Positions 41,201-52,800 of a DNA stretch of 64,000 nt are shown here, piece by piece. The DNA is from Perna viridis (lineage: Eukaryota). The notes under the pieces are model-generated. The model was not told where the DNA came from. It did not search any database and was given only the letters and a program-made list of their open reading frames with translations. The DNA is taken from the NCBI GenBank assembly GCA_037379345.1, contig CM074512.1:59231597-59295596 (forward strand). Direction: 5' to 3'. The translations under genes and the position numbers were made by a program. Position 1 is the stretch's first letter. Each line of letters starts with the position of its first letter.

Positions 41201-43570
41201 ATTGAATAGTAAAGAATCCGTTATACAGGGAGAAAGATCAAAATCTCCATTTGGAAAGGAGAATAGAAATCGTTCAACTCCAGTTCCAAGGGAGGAACGT
41301 GTGCAATCACCGAACAATTTAGAAAGAAGTGCTTCATTCCGATCAAATCATTCTCAATCATCACGTCACGAGAGAACAAAGACTCCTACATCAGTTGGTA
41401 GGACTACTCCTAACCATTTTGACAAATCAAGTACGCCCAGCCATTATGAACAATCCAGCACACCCATTTACAGTGATAGATCAAATACAGTTAGTCAGTA
41501 TGCTAGAGCAAAATCCCCAATGGACAGAAATAAAACACATATTTATGCCAAGGCCAAGAAACCACCTCCCCTTAAACTACCTCCAGGGATTGCAAATGAA
41601 ACAACCAAACAAAATAATTTGGATGAAACATCTGGATACATTCAGCTGAAATCAACATCTGGTCCACCAATAGAAAAACTAACACCTATAGATCAGGTGG
41701 ATTCTAGTAATAGCAATCCAATGGATATTCCGTTGACTACTTTCACTGGTTCCTTGAAGAAGAAAAAGAGGCACAAAAGTAAACCAGAAACTGGAGGTAT
41801 TGTATCCTTTAACTGATGGGAACTTTTCAAATTCCTTACTATTAGAACTTCTTTGCAATTCTTCTTCCGTGATAATTTACTTTTTTATTGCAATGCATAA
41901 AGAAGAAATTCTTGTCATGTTAGTCACTGGAAATTGTACAATCAATGGGGCAGAGAAGTGCTTTTGTTTATCGTTTGTTAACATGCAATTTGGATGGATA
42001 AAAAATTCTGGAAGGATTCCTACAAATAGCGCATTGAATGTTTTTCTTATGCAGCTAAAAAGGCTGAGTAGTTATGATTGATTCATAAAAATGGATGATT
42101 TTTAATTAAAAATTTTAGTTCATCTTAGATATTATAACAGTAAAAATGTTGCAATGATATGAGAAAATGATGTCAATGTCTTTTGGAAATGCAACTACTA
42201 TATATAAAAAGAAAGAAATGTAGTAATATATGTACAACAAATGCAGAGAATAGACAATAATTCCACTAGAAAAAATTACATACAGCTTAAAAACAAGAAA
42301 GATTTCCATTTCAGGGGTTTATGCTTACCCATTTTGGTTAAATGTATCAGAATGTAATGAAATTTGAAATATTTTTTTATTTTATTATTGAAAAATAAGT
42401 TGTTTTTTGTATGTCAAATTTAGAATCTCCAAAGAGGAACGTTCTAGAAGGATACAATTACAACACTCTGCCAACATCTCCACTCTCCCCAAGGCATCCA
42501 CTGAACATTACTGGTACATCCACAATTAACTCACAAAGGTTCAGTGTACTAAGTGATAACTCTATATCACTGTACAGTAGTGGTGAAGTATATAGCCCAA
42601 CTGGTACAGGGGCTGATAAGGACGAGGAAGATGATGATGATGATGCATTCGAAATTGATTTTGAAATTCCTCCATTAAAACCGATGGAAGCAGATGGACT
42701 CTCTGAAGCTAGCCTTCCATTACCTAGCCCACCAGCATATGCTAAGATGCCCCCAGGATACAGCCCAAGGACCCTTCTGCCATCGCCAAAGCCAAGACCC
42801 CAACCTTTGAGTGCACTTAGCCACAGTATTCCTGTTGATGAAGACATGCTTAGTAAGTTTACTTAACTGACATAAAAACTTGAGTAGATCAAAATTAAAG
42901 AATGACTAAATTTTTTTTTAAAGAATCATGATGCTTTTCTTAATTTTCTTACATATATACAGTAGAACCTAGTGAGTTTGATATATTAAGGGAGTAAGGA
43001 AGTTGGGGGATTATACAGGACCAGGACAATGAATTGCAAATGTTGTTAATGTATACTATAAAAGATCTAACTATATAGACTCCTGGAAAACTCAGGGTGC
43101 AAATTGTTGAAGATAAACAAATGAAATATCTTATTCCAATTCGAAAAATCATTACCATTACAAGGAAAATGTATGCATAGTTTTATAATGGGTACATTAC
43201 ATTAATAGGTGGTACATACATTGGACTGACAGCCTCTCCTACCAATACTATGGACAGGATCTTTCAGTTCCCTTCTCCACACAGAGATTCTGGTATCTCT
43301 TCTGAACGTAGTCTTCCATTGTCACAGGGAGATGATTCTCCAATCACATCCCCATCTAGACCTTACCACCCAGCCCAGAGAGAGCTTCCCCTACTCCCAA
43401 CGCAGGGATATGCATGGAATGGTGGTAGAAAAACCCCAGAAAAGGGGGAATATGCCAGAATAAAACAAGCCAACGACGCTACAGCTAAAGAAAATGGTGA
43501 AGTAAAAGTAACCCCTAATGCTAGTGGTGGTGGTGGTAGGAAGAAACCAGTACTGAAACCGAAGGCGTAA
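26098..43570 (+). CDS. ORF A (exons 1-6): uncharacterised single-pass type I membrane protein, ~844 aa, with a small ectodomain and long disordered adaptor-like tail
   Basis: Exons 26098-26256, 39087-39215, 39765-40076, 40653-41796, 42424-42852 and 43209-43570 (stop) or 43566 (donor). All junctions are GT-AG and phase-consistent (0,0,0,1,1). Signal peptide MMRVVLNLVVLLSLIGCCHG; TM WIFIFITIATCLVIILASVYAIWWYC (39804-39881); tail rich in S/P/R/E. Confidence 0.8.
28188..28259 (+). repeat. Fragment of the Penelope-like 3' tail seen at ~45715-45790
   Basis: tgttttccatgtctggtctttgtccctggattacattcttttgat is shared almost exactly with ~45741-45785. Confidence 0.75.
30121..30164 (+). ncRNA. Minimal type I hammerhead ribozyme, probably Penelope-derived
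   Basis: atgctg-CTGATGA-gagg(ttact)cctt-GAAA-c(acat)g-TA-cagcat. Stem I is 6 bp, the catalytic core is intact, stem II is 4 bp with G-U closing, and stem III is 2 bp with a palindromic acatgt cap. GUA cleavage triplet at 30156-30158. Confidence 0.7.
33242..33900. repeat. Minisatellite, ~10-11 copies of a ~61-69 bp unit
   Basis: The unit tttggcatgggagaggtgggttacatgtcaaagaaccaagaagctttataacatgttctgta repeats; some copies carry an extra gaaccaa. It explains the repetitive ORFs at 33261-33822. Confidence 0.92.
36585..36930 (+). mobile_element. HINE-like (Helentron-associated non-autonomous) element, partial
   Basis: Terminal hairpin atgtctcccc...ggggagacat, a GTCY-type microsatellite (gtccgttggtccgtct...), then ~171-bp internal tandem units starting tgtcagtgcaac at ~36687 and ~36858. 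Confidence 0.65.
37413..37510 (-). repeat. Inverted fragment of the Penelope-like 3' tail
   Basis: The reverse complement matches ~45541-45638 (ggacttgactttttatgagcaact...ggtgcacc). Confidence 0.75.
39087..39215 (+). CDS. ORF A exon 2 (ectodomain; not in the ORF track)
   Basis: tttcag|GGC...GTT|gtaagt, 129 nt, encoding GFVDFKESEDFKVLLNVTAPAIEEAYAVTADITESKGRLLIQV. Confidence 0.75.
39318..39489. mobile_element. TA-flanked MITE (TACTGT...ACAGTA family)
   Basis: Termini tattgtgaatgtact / agtactttcacagta with internal ccacgaaaattggtacc motifs. Relatives lie at 56708-56891 and 63002-63203. Confidence 0.7.
39765..40076 (+). CDS. ORF A exon 3: transmembrane helix and juxtamembrane region
   Basis: ccacag|TAC...AGG|gtaaat, 312 nt, with a hydrophobic stretch followed by CSKK. 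Confidence 0.85.
40653..41796 (+). CDS. ORF A exon 4: low-complexity cytoplasmic region
   Basis: 1144-nt open exon (contains ORF 40716-41816), with acceptor ttttag| and donor G|gtattg. Confidence 0.9.
42424..42852 (+). CDS. ORF A exon 5: Pro/Ser/acidic cytoplasmic region
   Basis: 429 nt, phase 1-1, donor A|gtaagt. Confidence 0.85.
43209..43570 (+). CDS. ORF A exon 6: ends at TAA 43568-43570 or splices at 43566 into ORF B
   Basis: Phase-1 acceptor taatag|; the exon ends ...AAG GC|gtaagt, where the donor overlaps GCG TAA. Confidence 0.8.
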
Positions 43571-43810
43571 GTAGACATGATGGATGTCTTCATAATGTTT
43601 AAATGTGTATTGAAGCTTTTTTACTGTAAATGTATGCACTTTGTTGAATGGTTTATGTAAAGCAAAAAAAACAAGTGAAATGTAAGCATATGTTTATTGG
43701 TTTTTGTTCTGATGTTGACATTTTAGAGATATTTAATCAGATATATCGTTAATACATAAAAATGCTGTTGTAGAAAAATTATAAATAACAATTCTTCATT
43801 TCCTATGCAG

Positions 43811-46800
43811 GTTACATTTAGCTGTGATTTGTAGTATCTCAATACTAAGTCTTGCTTCAACAGTATACAGTGCTCTCTTACCATCTCAAACTCAAGTTCA
43901 TGTTACTGTGTATGCTCCTAAAAACTTCCTTCAGAAAGAGATTCAGGTGTATTTTAACCAGAATAGACCAGGGGAAATCCTAGATGATCAACTACATAAC
44001 ATACAGGCTTATGGTAAAATTATTAAGATAAAGATTTATTGGTTTTCAATGAGGAATAAAAGAGTTTCAATAAAGAGTATTTATTTTAAGAGCTGTGTGA
44101 CATAAATTTTATTATTGGTAATTTGTACAAAATTCCTTTGATGTGTACCTGCTGATTATGCTTGGATCAGGCAAACTGACTTGATACAAGAAATTATTGT
44201 GTCAGTTTGTAATATGAATGCGCCATTTACCGGTGTATAAATCCCCTTTTTTCAGTGGGTCAATGAAATCATGTCTTAATGTGACATTGCAATGACAGCC
44301 AGATTTGTACTTGTTTTCTGTAAACAATATTTTGTTTGTTTGTTGTTGTTGTGGTTTAACGTCCGAGCAGCAATATTTCAGCTATTTTCAGACGAAACAA
44401 TATTTTGCAAACGAATACAAATGAATTGTGGTACATATACAGCAATATTGCAGATCTCTTAAAACATTTGTCCTGAAATGATATAAATCAATCAATACTG
44501 TACATTTCTAAGGACACGGGTAAAATTTGCTGTATTCTTACCTGTACGTGTAATTCGTCTTCACGCGATCTGGAGAACAAAATATGGGGAAACCATGATG
44601 CTCTTATGAATTATGCTGAGGATGTTAATTTTGTCTTGTAATCTAGTTACTTTATAAATTACTACATTGTATTATAAAATACAATATAGCACATGGATAG
44701 TAACCAGAAGATTGACAATGTTTATCATCCTTTGTTTTTTTAGCATCTACACTACACAGGAGTGGTTTTTTACATTCAGTAGAACTGTCAAGATTGTAAA
44801 CATATCATAACTCAACATTGATGAATTTAACTAATCCTTTATAATAATGCACAAAAAATATCATCAAATTAATCTTGTAGTATGCTAACCTTCCCCTGAA
44901 ACATCACTTCATCAACTGACACACACATGCTAAATTTTGACCAGACCATATCACAAATCATATCAGTGGTCATTCAATAAAATAGTCCCCATTTAAGTAA
45001 TACTTTCGGTAATATTTTGAACATATTTCAGATAAGAAGCATCATTTTCTTTCATAATTTGTAGACTATGGATAAAAAGGAATAAATGATATTGTGTTTA
45101 AGGTAGTGACTTCTTCATAGTTATATCAGGGCTCACCTGATATGAAAAATGATAAAGTCAATATCAAAAACAAAATACCATTTATTCCTGTAATAAAATC
45201 TATTGATACTTGTAATATCAATATGTTAAAATCATATGTGAAATTGCATTTTTATACCCCCCACACACCCTTTTGAAGAAGAGGGGGGTACATCCCTTCT
45301 GCACCTGCGTATATGGAGTGTTCATATCACAACACATACATTATGCCAGAGCTTGTTGGAACTATGCAGACTTTTTGTATTGCGCTAGAACTCTAACAAA
45401 TAGGCTTCTGGAACAGGGTTATGTTGCTACAAGATTGAAGTCATCACTACAGAAGTTTTATGGTCGTCATCATGAACTCGTGGATTGTTATGGTGTATCC
45501 ATCTGCACCATGAAAACTGATTCATTCAGTGGGTCATAGTTTTCCTTTCCTCATTTGTCTACCCTGGACTTGACTTTTTATGAGCAACTCGGCAGGTGTT
45601 TCTAGAAAAGTAGAGGACGCTTACACTACCGGTGCACCTGGTCCATGCTCCCAGTTTCTAGTGGAGTCCGAGTTGCTCATTTGCTTTTGTTACTTTGTAT
45701 GTATGATTTTAGTTACTTTGTGTTCTTTGTTGTGTGTGTCTGTTTTCCATGTCTGGTCTTTGTCCCTGGATTACATTCTTTTGATAATCGCTATAACCTT
45801 GGTTCCCTTGATTACTCCTTAGGACTGTCCGTAACCAGAACTTTTGTAAAATTTTTCTCAGGAACTACTGATCATAGTACCTGAACATTTTTAGTATGTC
45901 TCAGCTAATGGTCCTATATAGCACTTACTGATTTTAGTCCTGTTGGACAATTACTTCCTTTTTAACGACTTTGGGAAGAATACATTTGTGGGGGAAAGCG
46001 GGGGTATTCTCAGTGAGTAAGTGGCTCACAGATCAAATGTTGTAACAGCATACTGAGTAATGTTTTATATATCATTAATATCAAGTTCACTTTTTTCAGA
46101 TATGGCTGACCCATATTTAAGGGTGGTGAACTCCTCTTTCTGTAGTACTGTACAATGTGAACATGGCTGTGATGAAAATAATGGTAACTGTATCTGTAAA
46201 AAGGGATATAGACTTGATGCCAAAGGAGTCTGCCAAGGTGAGATAAATAATCAGACTCGCTTATTTCTAACATATAGATATTTATGTAAAATTTTAAAAA
46301 AATGAATAAAAATTACATATGATAAAATAGAACACCAGATTTATAGAAAAAAAGGGAGAAAATAAACAACATTGTCATATGCTTATTTGCATAAGCCTTT
46401 GTGATCAGTGAGATTAATAAAACTCGTTCTGTTCTGTGCCAGTCTGTCCATATCTTATATCCCTCTTGTTCCATTTGTTATATCCTTGTAATATTCCTGT
46501 TAATATTTTTAGATGTTAATGAGTGTAGATCAGTGATACACCGTTGCCATGAGAATGCTGATTGTCTTGATAGAGAAGGAAGTTACCAGTGTCACTGTAG
46601 TGGATATTACTATGGTGATGGTAAAACTTGTTATGGTAAGGCTAAGACTTCTGGGTGTAATAGTTTTCACAGTTCACAAATAAGTGCCAAAAATAGTATA
46701 TATAAATTTTTTGGTATTAATTGGTTTTTTTTTTTTTTGAAGCTGCAAAATTTGAAACATGCAAAAATGAATATAAAAAATTAGCAAACTCAAAAATCAA

Positions 46801-49800
46801 TAGTTTACAATTTGTTTGGAAATTTGTTTTTAACTTTAACCAAACTTCAAATGAAGTGTTAATTTTATATTTTCTAAAATTCTTTTATAAGTACTGTATG
46901 TTTGTTATTACATATATACCATATTCAAAGATAAATGATATTAATCATTAGTGAAATTAAAATCAATCATGTCTTTATACAGAATTAAGATCTCTTTGGC
47001 AACTGAAGTTAATGACTCAAAAATAAATTTCACTTTATAAAAAGATTTCCACACTTTCCCATTATTTTTGTTCATGTATTGGCAAAATGAATATGTAAAA
47101 CAAATGTGAAGTTATTCAGCTCGAGTTAGGTATTGCGGAGAAGTAAAAAAGTGACATTTTGTTGAAACCTATGTACTGCAGTTTGTAAGTACATTTTTTA
47201 GCCAATTTTAACACCTTCCCAATGTTTATTTTGAAATTATCAAATTGTAATTTTGCTATTATTATGATTCTTTAATCACTATATTTACATCCAATTTTGA
47301 TAATTTCCTTGTGAAATCATTCCTAGTGTAGCCAATATGCAGTCTTGTTTCGTACAAAATATCTATTGGATTTATTATTTCCAGAATGTGCTGCACCTTG
47401 TGGTGAAGGGACCTATGAGTTCCAGCCCTGTAGTCAGAATCAGAAAAAAATTTGCTTAGGTATAGTAACTCCTTTTAATACATACTATTACTATAATAAG
47501 TATTATATTTATAATAGTTGATGAATGGGTAAATTTATTGTAAAATATTAAGCTTGACACAGTGGCTGACGTTTGTTTTCTCTTTAACTAACTGCTGCAG
47601 GCAAGCCTATCAAAATTCTCAAACATTTTTTAAATCAAGTGTCATTTGACAATTGGATAACATCACCTAAATAATCATTCAATTTTTCTCGACTTTGCAA
47701 GATTCTTGCATTTTCTGAGAGAGCTGGCTGCAGTGTCTAGAGTGATATTTCGAATGTCAGACACTGTTTGGAGCATGGCCAAATAGTTGATCTGGAACAA
47801 TAATGAATAATGTATTTGCTTTTTGAACACATTGGTCCATTAAAATGCCCCTGCAATGGTGTCAATGCACCAATAACAGCTTCCAGTGCACGGACAACAA
47901 TACAAAATGTATCACTTGTTTTAAGTAGAAGAGTGAGGGGTTTGCCAAATTAACCATGAACTGTTGAAACAAATGATCAAAAAACTTCTTTTTAAAAAGT
48001 AATTTCTTCATATTTTCATGGTGCCAGTACTTTATGAATGAAAATGCAAGAAGTTGTGTTTCCCGGCCTTCAAATATACATAGTTTGACTTAAATTAATT
48101 ATGCAAACTAACACATTTTGCAGTACTTTAATACAATGCATAGAACAGCAATTATGAGACAGTGCAATGATTCTTTCCTTATCTATGACTTGAAAGAGTG
48201 TTTTCTAAAAAACATGCTCACACTATGTCAAGTGTGGATGTTGAATGGTATAATAGTTAATGATGTGCATTTACTGATATATAAGTGATATATTTGCCCT
48301 CATATTTCAAGCCAAGCAGGCAGCACATCAGAGGTGGAGTGATAACTGTTGGCTGGAAGTGAGGATTATATGTCTTAGTGGAGTGACATGCTTACCTTCA
48401 GGCTGTTATTCTGTGAACAAGAACAATAAAAATCTGGCTTGGTGTGTCTGACTTGTACAAAGCAGGGTCTGTTCCATTGATCAAAAGTTCTCATCCTAAA
48501 ATGCAAAAAATATCTGTCATGGGACACTAAACCGCAATTTAATCAATCAATCACCATTCCATCTTACTGTTGCTTTATAATGTGTTTTAGTGAGGACTAA
48601 TGTATAGTGTGTCTACCTGGATTAGTAGAGTTTGTATTTCATCCTAAATATTATACCTGTATTTCATCCTAAATATTATACCTGTATTTCATCCTGAATA
48701 TTATACCTGTATTTCATCCTAAATATTATATTTGAAAGAAAAAGTTTCATCATAAATATATTTTTAGATTGTACAAAAGAATGTGCAAAAGGATTTTACA
48801 TGACAAGAAGATGTCATGCACAGGGAGATTCTGTTTGTCGAAGTAAGTCTTTTAATAGAACTTTTACTTTGTGAGTACTGCTGTATATATTATATCAGTT
48901 AGTATTTATACGCTGTTTATTCACTGGAATAGGTTTTAAAGATTGGAATTGCTACAGAAAATACTGTGCCCTCTAGTAGGACTGTGTTTCCCTCATCATC
49001 CATATAAATCTAAAATAGTTTAAAATCCACACCTAAAGTATTGAATTTATCTTAAGAATGACCACAACCTTTAGGGAAATCGTTGTTTTTGAAAAGTTTT
49101 GGAAGTTTGTATAATTAATGAGCTAAGGTAGGCTATTTAATTGCTGTTTCTGTTGAAAAGTGTTAAATGATAAGAAAAAAACAACAACAAAAAATAAACT
49201 TATCATTTTGGAACCAACTCAACCACCACCTACATATTTTTTTCTTCAAAATGCCCATTACTGTTATTATTCCTTTCAAAACCTGGGACCCGCATTTGTA
49301 ATTTTCATTAAAATGACCATCTACATTCATTGTCATCCATAGTATTTTGCAGGATCCTAAGTTAATTAGGAGATAGTTTTGATTCATTATCTGAAGTTTG
49401 ATGTTAATTTTAATGTTCAAGCCCATCACATTTAATGAATACATTTGAATGATTAATCTAAAGCACATTATTAAACTCACATTGATGATACAATGAAGTA
49501 GTCTTGCATATAAACAAGACATGGTATATGTTACACAATATTGACTCATGGTCATTGTGATCAAGATTTTTCTGATAGAAAGCAAACATAAATAAAACCT
49601 GTATTGACATTGGAATGTTACATTGTTAACACTGGATATTTATATTAAATTGCATGTATTCAGATATAATCTCAGTGTGTTGAGAGTAATCAGTCTTTTC
49701 GGTTAAGCAGTAGTCCGAAGCTAAAGGCTTGTCAAAATGGAGGTGGGCCTGTAAAATTAACTACTACAAGCCAACACTCACTATATGAAATTTTCTGAAA

Positions 49801-52800
49801 AATGTATCTCGGGCCTGTGAACTGGAAAGTTAGTTTTGAAGACTTAGTAATGGTATGAAACCTAATTTTGAAACACTGTAGTAACAGAAATCTTCACAGA
49901 ACTTTTTTTGAAAGTATAAAGATCTTGGTTTTTTTTTTTTTTCAGTGTGTCATAAGAAATGTGAAAAGGAAGAATTTGAATCTTCCAGATGTACAGATGT
50001 CACTAATAGAGTTTGTCAAAGTAAGTTATATGTTTTAGGAACAAGGCTTTGATAAGCAATATATCAATTATTTAAATGAAACATATAGGTTTCTTAGTAA
50101 TTTTCATAGTTGCTTTAAAACTCCTCTGTTTTTCACTTTCAACAGTGTAAATGTTGTTATATAGTGAGTTGAGATAAAAGATAAGACTGCTGAAATGCAT
50201 AAGAAGCAAAATATCATACAGTCAAACCTTGGTAGCTCGAACTCCAAGGTACCACTGAAAAGTGTTTGAATTATCGTGGAGTTCGAGAAATGAAGTTCAT
50301 AGAATTCCAGATTTTTTTGTTGCCGGTGCAAGTTTGACTTTATCATTAGAAATCACTTATTTCCTATGAAGTTTTGTTAGTACATGTACATGCATCTTTT
50401 TCATTCCCTTTCGGGAGATTATGTAGACTTGTGGACATTAAAAAAGCTGTGTTTGCTTTTAAAAACGTTCAGAGTTTGAGTTTCTAAGTCCATAATTTGT
50501 TTTTATCTGATTTTCTTTGATGCTTTCATCATGCCGACTTCAAAACATTCTCAAACTTCAATCAGTACTAGGTTAAGATAAAAACTACATAATTAGTGAT
50601 GACTTAAATTTTACATGTAATTAACTATAATGACACTGAATAAGGATAGGGTTTCAGTTTTTCACACCTTTTATTACCCACGCTGACAAAATGGATGACA
50701 AGTTCGAGTTACTGAGTCTCTAAGATTTATTACCGAACAAACCGACTAGTCAGATCGAGTGTTCAAGTAATCCAAAGTTGTTTTTATTGATTATATTAGG
50801 GAAAATTTTGGTACAGTCGAACTTCACTCGCTTGAACTCGTATGGCTCGAACACCTGGGATTTCTCGAACACAATTCAAAGTACCAAAATTTTCTCCTAT
50901 ATAATCAATATAAATAACCTTGGATTTCTCGGACTTTGATTTCTCGAAAACGCGAACTGACTAATCGGTCCATTCGGTAATAAATCTCAGAGAATAAACC
51001 TCACTAACTCGAACTTGTCAGCCATTTTGTCAACTTGGGTAATAAAAGGTGTGAAAAACTGAAACCCTATCATCACCAGTGTCATTTTAGTTAATTACAG
51101 GTAATATTTAAGTCATCACTAATTAGGTAGTTTTGATAAAACTGATTAAAGTTCAAGAATGTTCTGAAGTTGGTATGATGAAACCATGACAGAAAATCGG
51201 ATGAAAACAAATTATTGACCAATGAACCCACACTCTGGACATTTTTAAAAGAAAATACAGCATTTTTAATATCCGTAAATCAACATAATCTTCCGAAAGC
51301 GAATAAAAAAGATCCACGAACTAATACAACTTCGGAGGAGGTAAGCAATTTCTAATGATAAAGTGGAACTTGGACCGCCAACGAAAGAAATCCGGAAATA
51401 TACGTACTTCAATTTCTTGAACTCCCGATAACTCAAACACATTTCAATGGTTCCTTGGAGTTCGAGCTACCGAGGTTTGACTGTACTTTGAATTGTGTTC
51501 AAGAAATCCTGGGTGTTCGAGCCGTCTGAGTTCAAGTGAGTGAGTTCGACTGTAATTATAATTTAATCTGTTTCAGAAGGTAGTATTTTTAAAAGTAATA
51601 TGGAACAAATTTAGGATAACAAAATGTTGTTATGTTTTCTATACTTTTACATTTATACTGAACCTAACATGATTCTATTGCATTTAAAGAAATTGCAATG
51701 TTTATTTGCAGTATCATGTTTATTATGGTGAGCAATAGGGCTAAAAAGAAGTTAATTCAAATGAATCACAATAAGATCATTGCTATGTCTTGTTGCAATA
51801 AATTGAAAAATAAAAAATTTTGGTTCATTGACATTATATTGTGATTTTTATATTGCTTTAAAAAACTGTCAAAAAACAAGTAATTTCTGAAAATGATCAA
51901 CGGCATCCATTTTTTGTTTGAAAAGAATGTAAAAGCATGAGAGATAAATGTTCTTTTTTTATCAAAAAAATATTCTATCTGCTATTTTATATTTTATATT
52001 GATTATTTTAAATACTTATAAAAGTTTTTTTTAAAGCTGTTTGATGGAAATAAATAATAATTAGTTTATATTTACATGTTTATAGATCGTAATAAGTTAG
52101 CACCTCCTATTGCCAGTGGTAATGTCATCTTAGAGAATATGAGGGATGTATCAAAGTTCAATCAGGAGGAGTTGTTTAGACCTCGAGGATTTCATATTGA
52201 TAGAGGTAAGTTGTATTCCTATTTAAGAGGGAGGGCTGTACTGATATCAGCTTGTCTGTCTGTCTGTTCTTTGTCCAACTAATGTTATTACATTTTCTCA
52301 GTTTCTTCTAGACAGAATGGGAGGAATTTTTCAAAGTAAGTACACAGCTTTAACACAATGAACAGGATTTTTTTTACTTCTGGTAGATTCCATCTTCTCT
52401 TTTGAGGAGTTTAAAATTTGTGGGGTTTCCTAAGCATGATAGTACATGCAACCTCATGCTTTTTAATGTTGAAGGGCCCTGTTTTTTTTCTCCATAACAA
52501 ATTTAATGACTTTAGGTTTTCATAGATCTGGATTTTCCAGAAGCTCTATGGCTGATATCGTTGACTGGTTGATAATGAATGCCATACAGATTTTACCATG
52601 TATTATTTTTTATGTACCAATGAAACTTTTTTTATGAATTTTATTTTTAAATCTTTATTTGTTGAGAATTACTGATTACTTACAACATAAATTGGATGGT
52701 TTTTTTTCAGGATCAGGATTCTTTATCAAAGGAAATGTAATTTTCTTTAGACCTCAGATTATACTTCATCCAGTGAACCATGAGAAACAGAATGAATTGA

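Noticed and set aside
40756-43639. Antisense and alternate-frame ORFs over exons 4-6 (e.g. 40756-41127, 42458-42847, 43363-43593)
   Set aside because: These are shadows of the real + strand coding exons with no independent gene signals.
45580-45884. Hydrophobic ORFs resembling membrane peptides
   Set aside because: They are the T-rich 3' tail of the Penelope-like element, which recurs elsewhere in the window.
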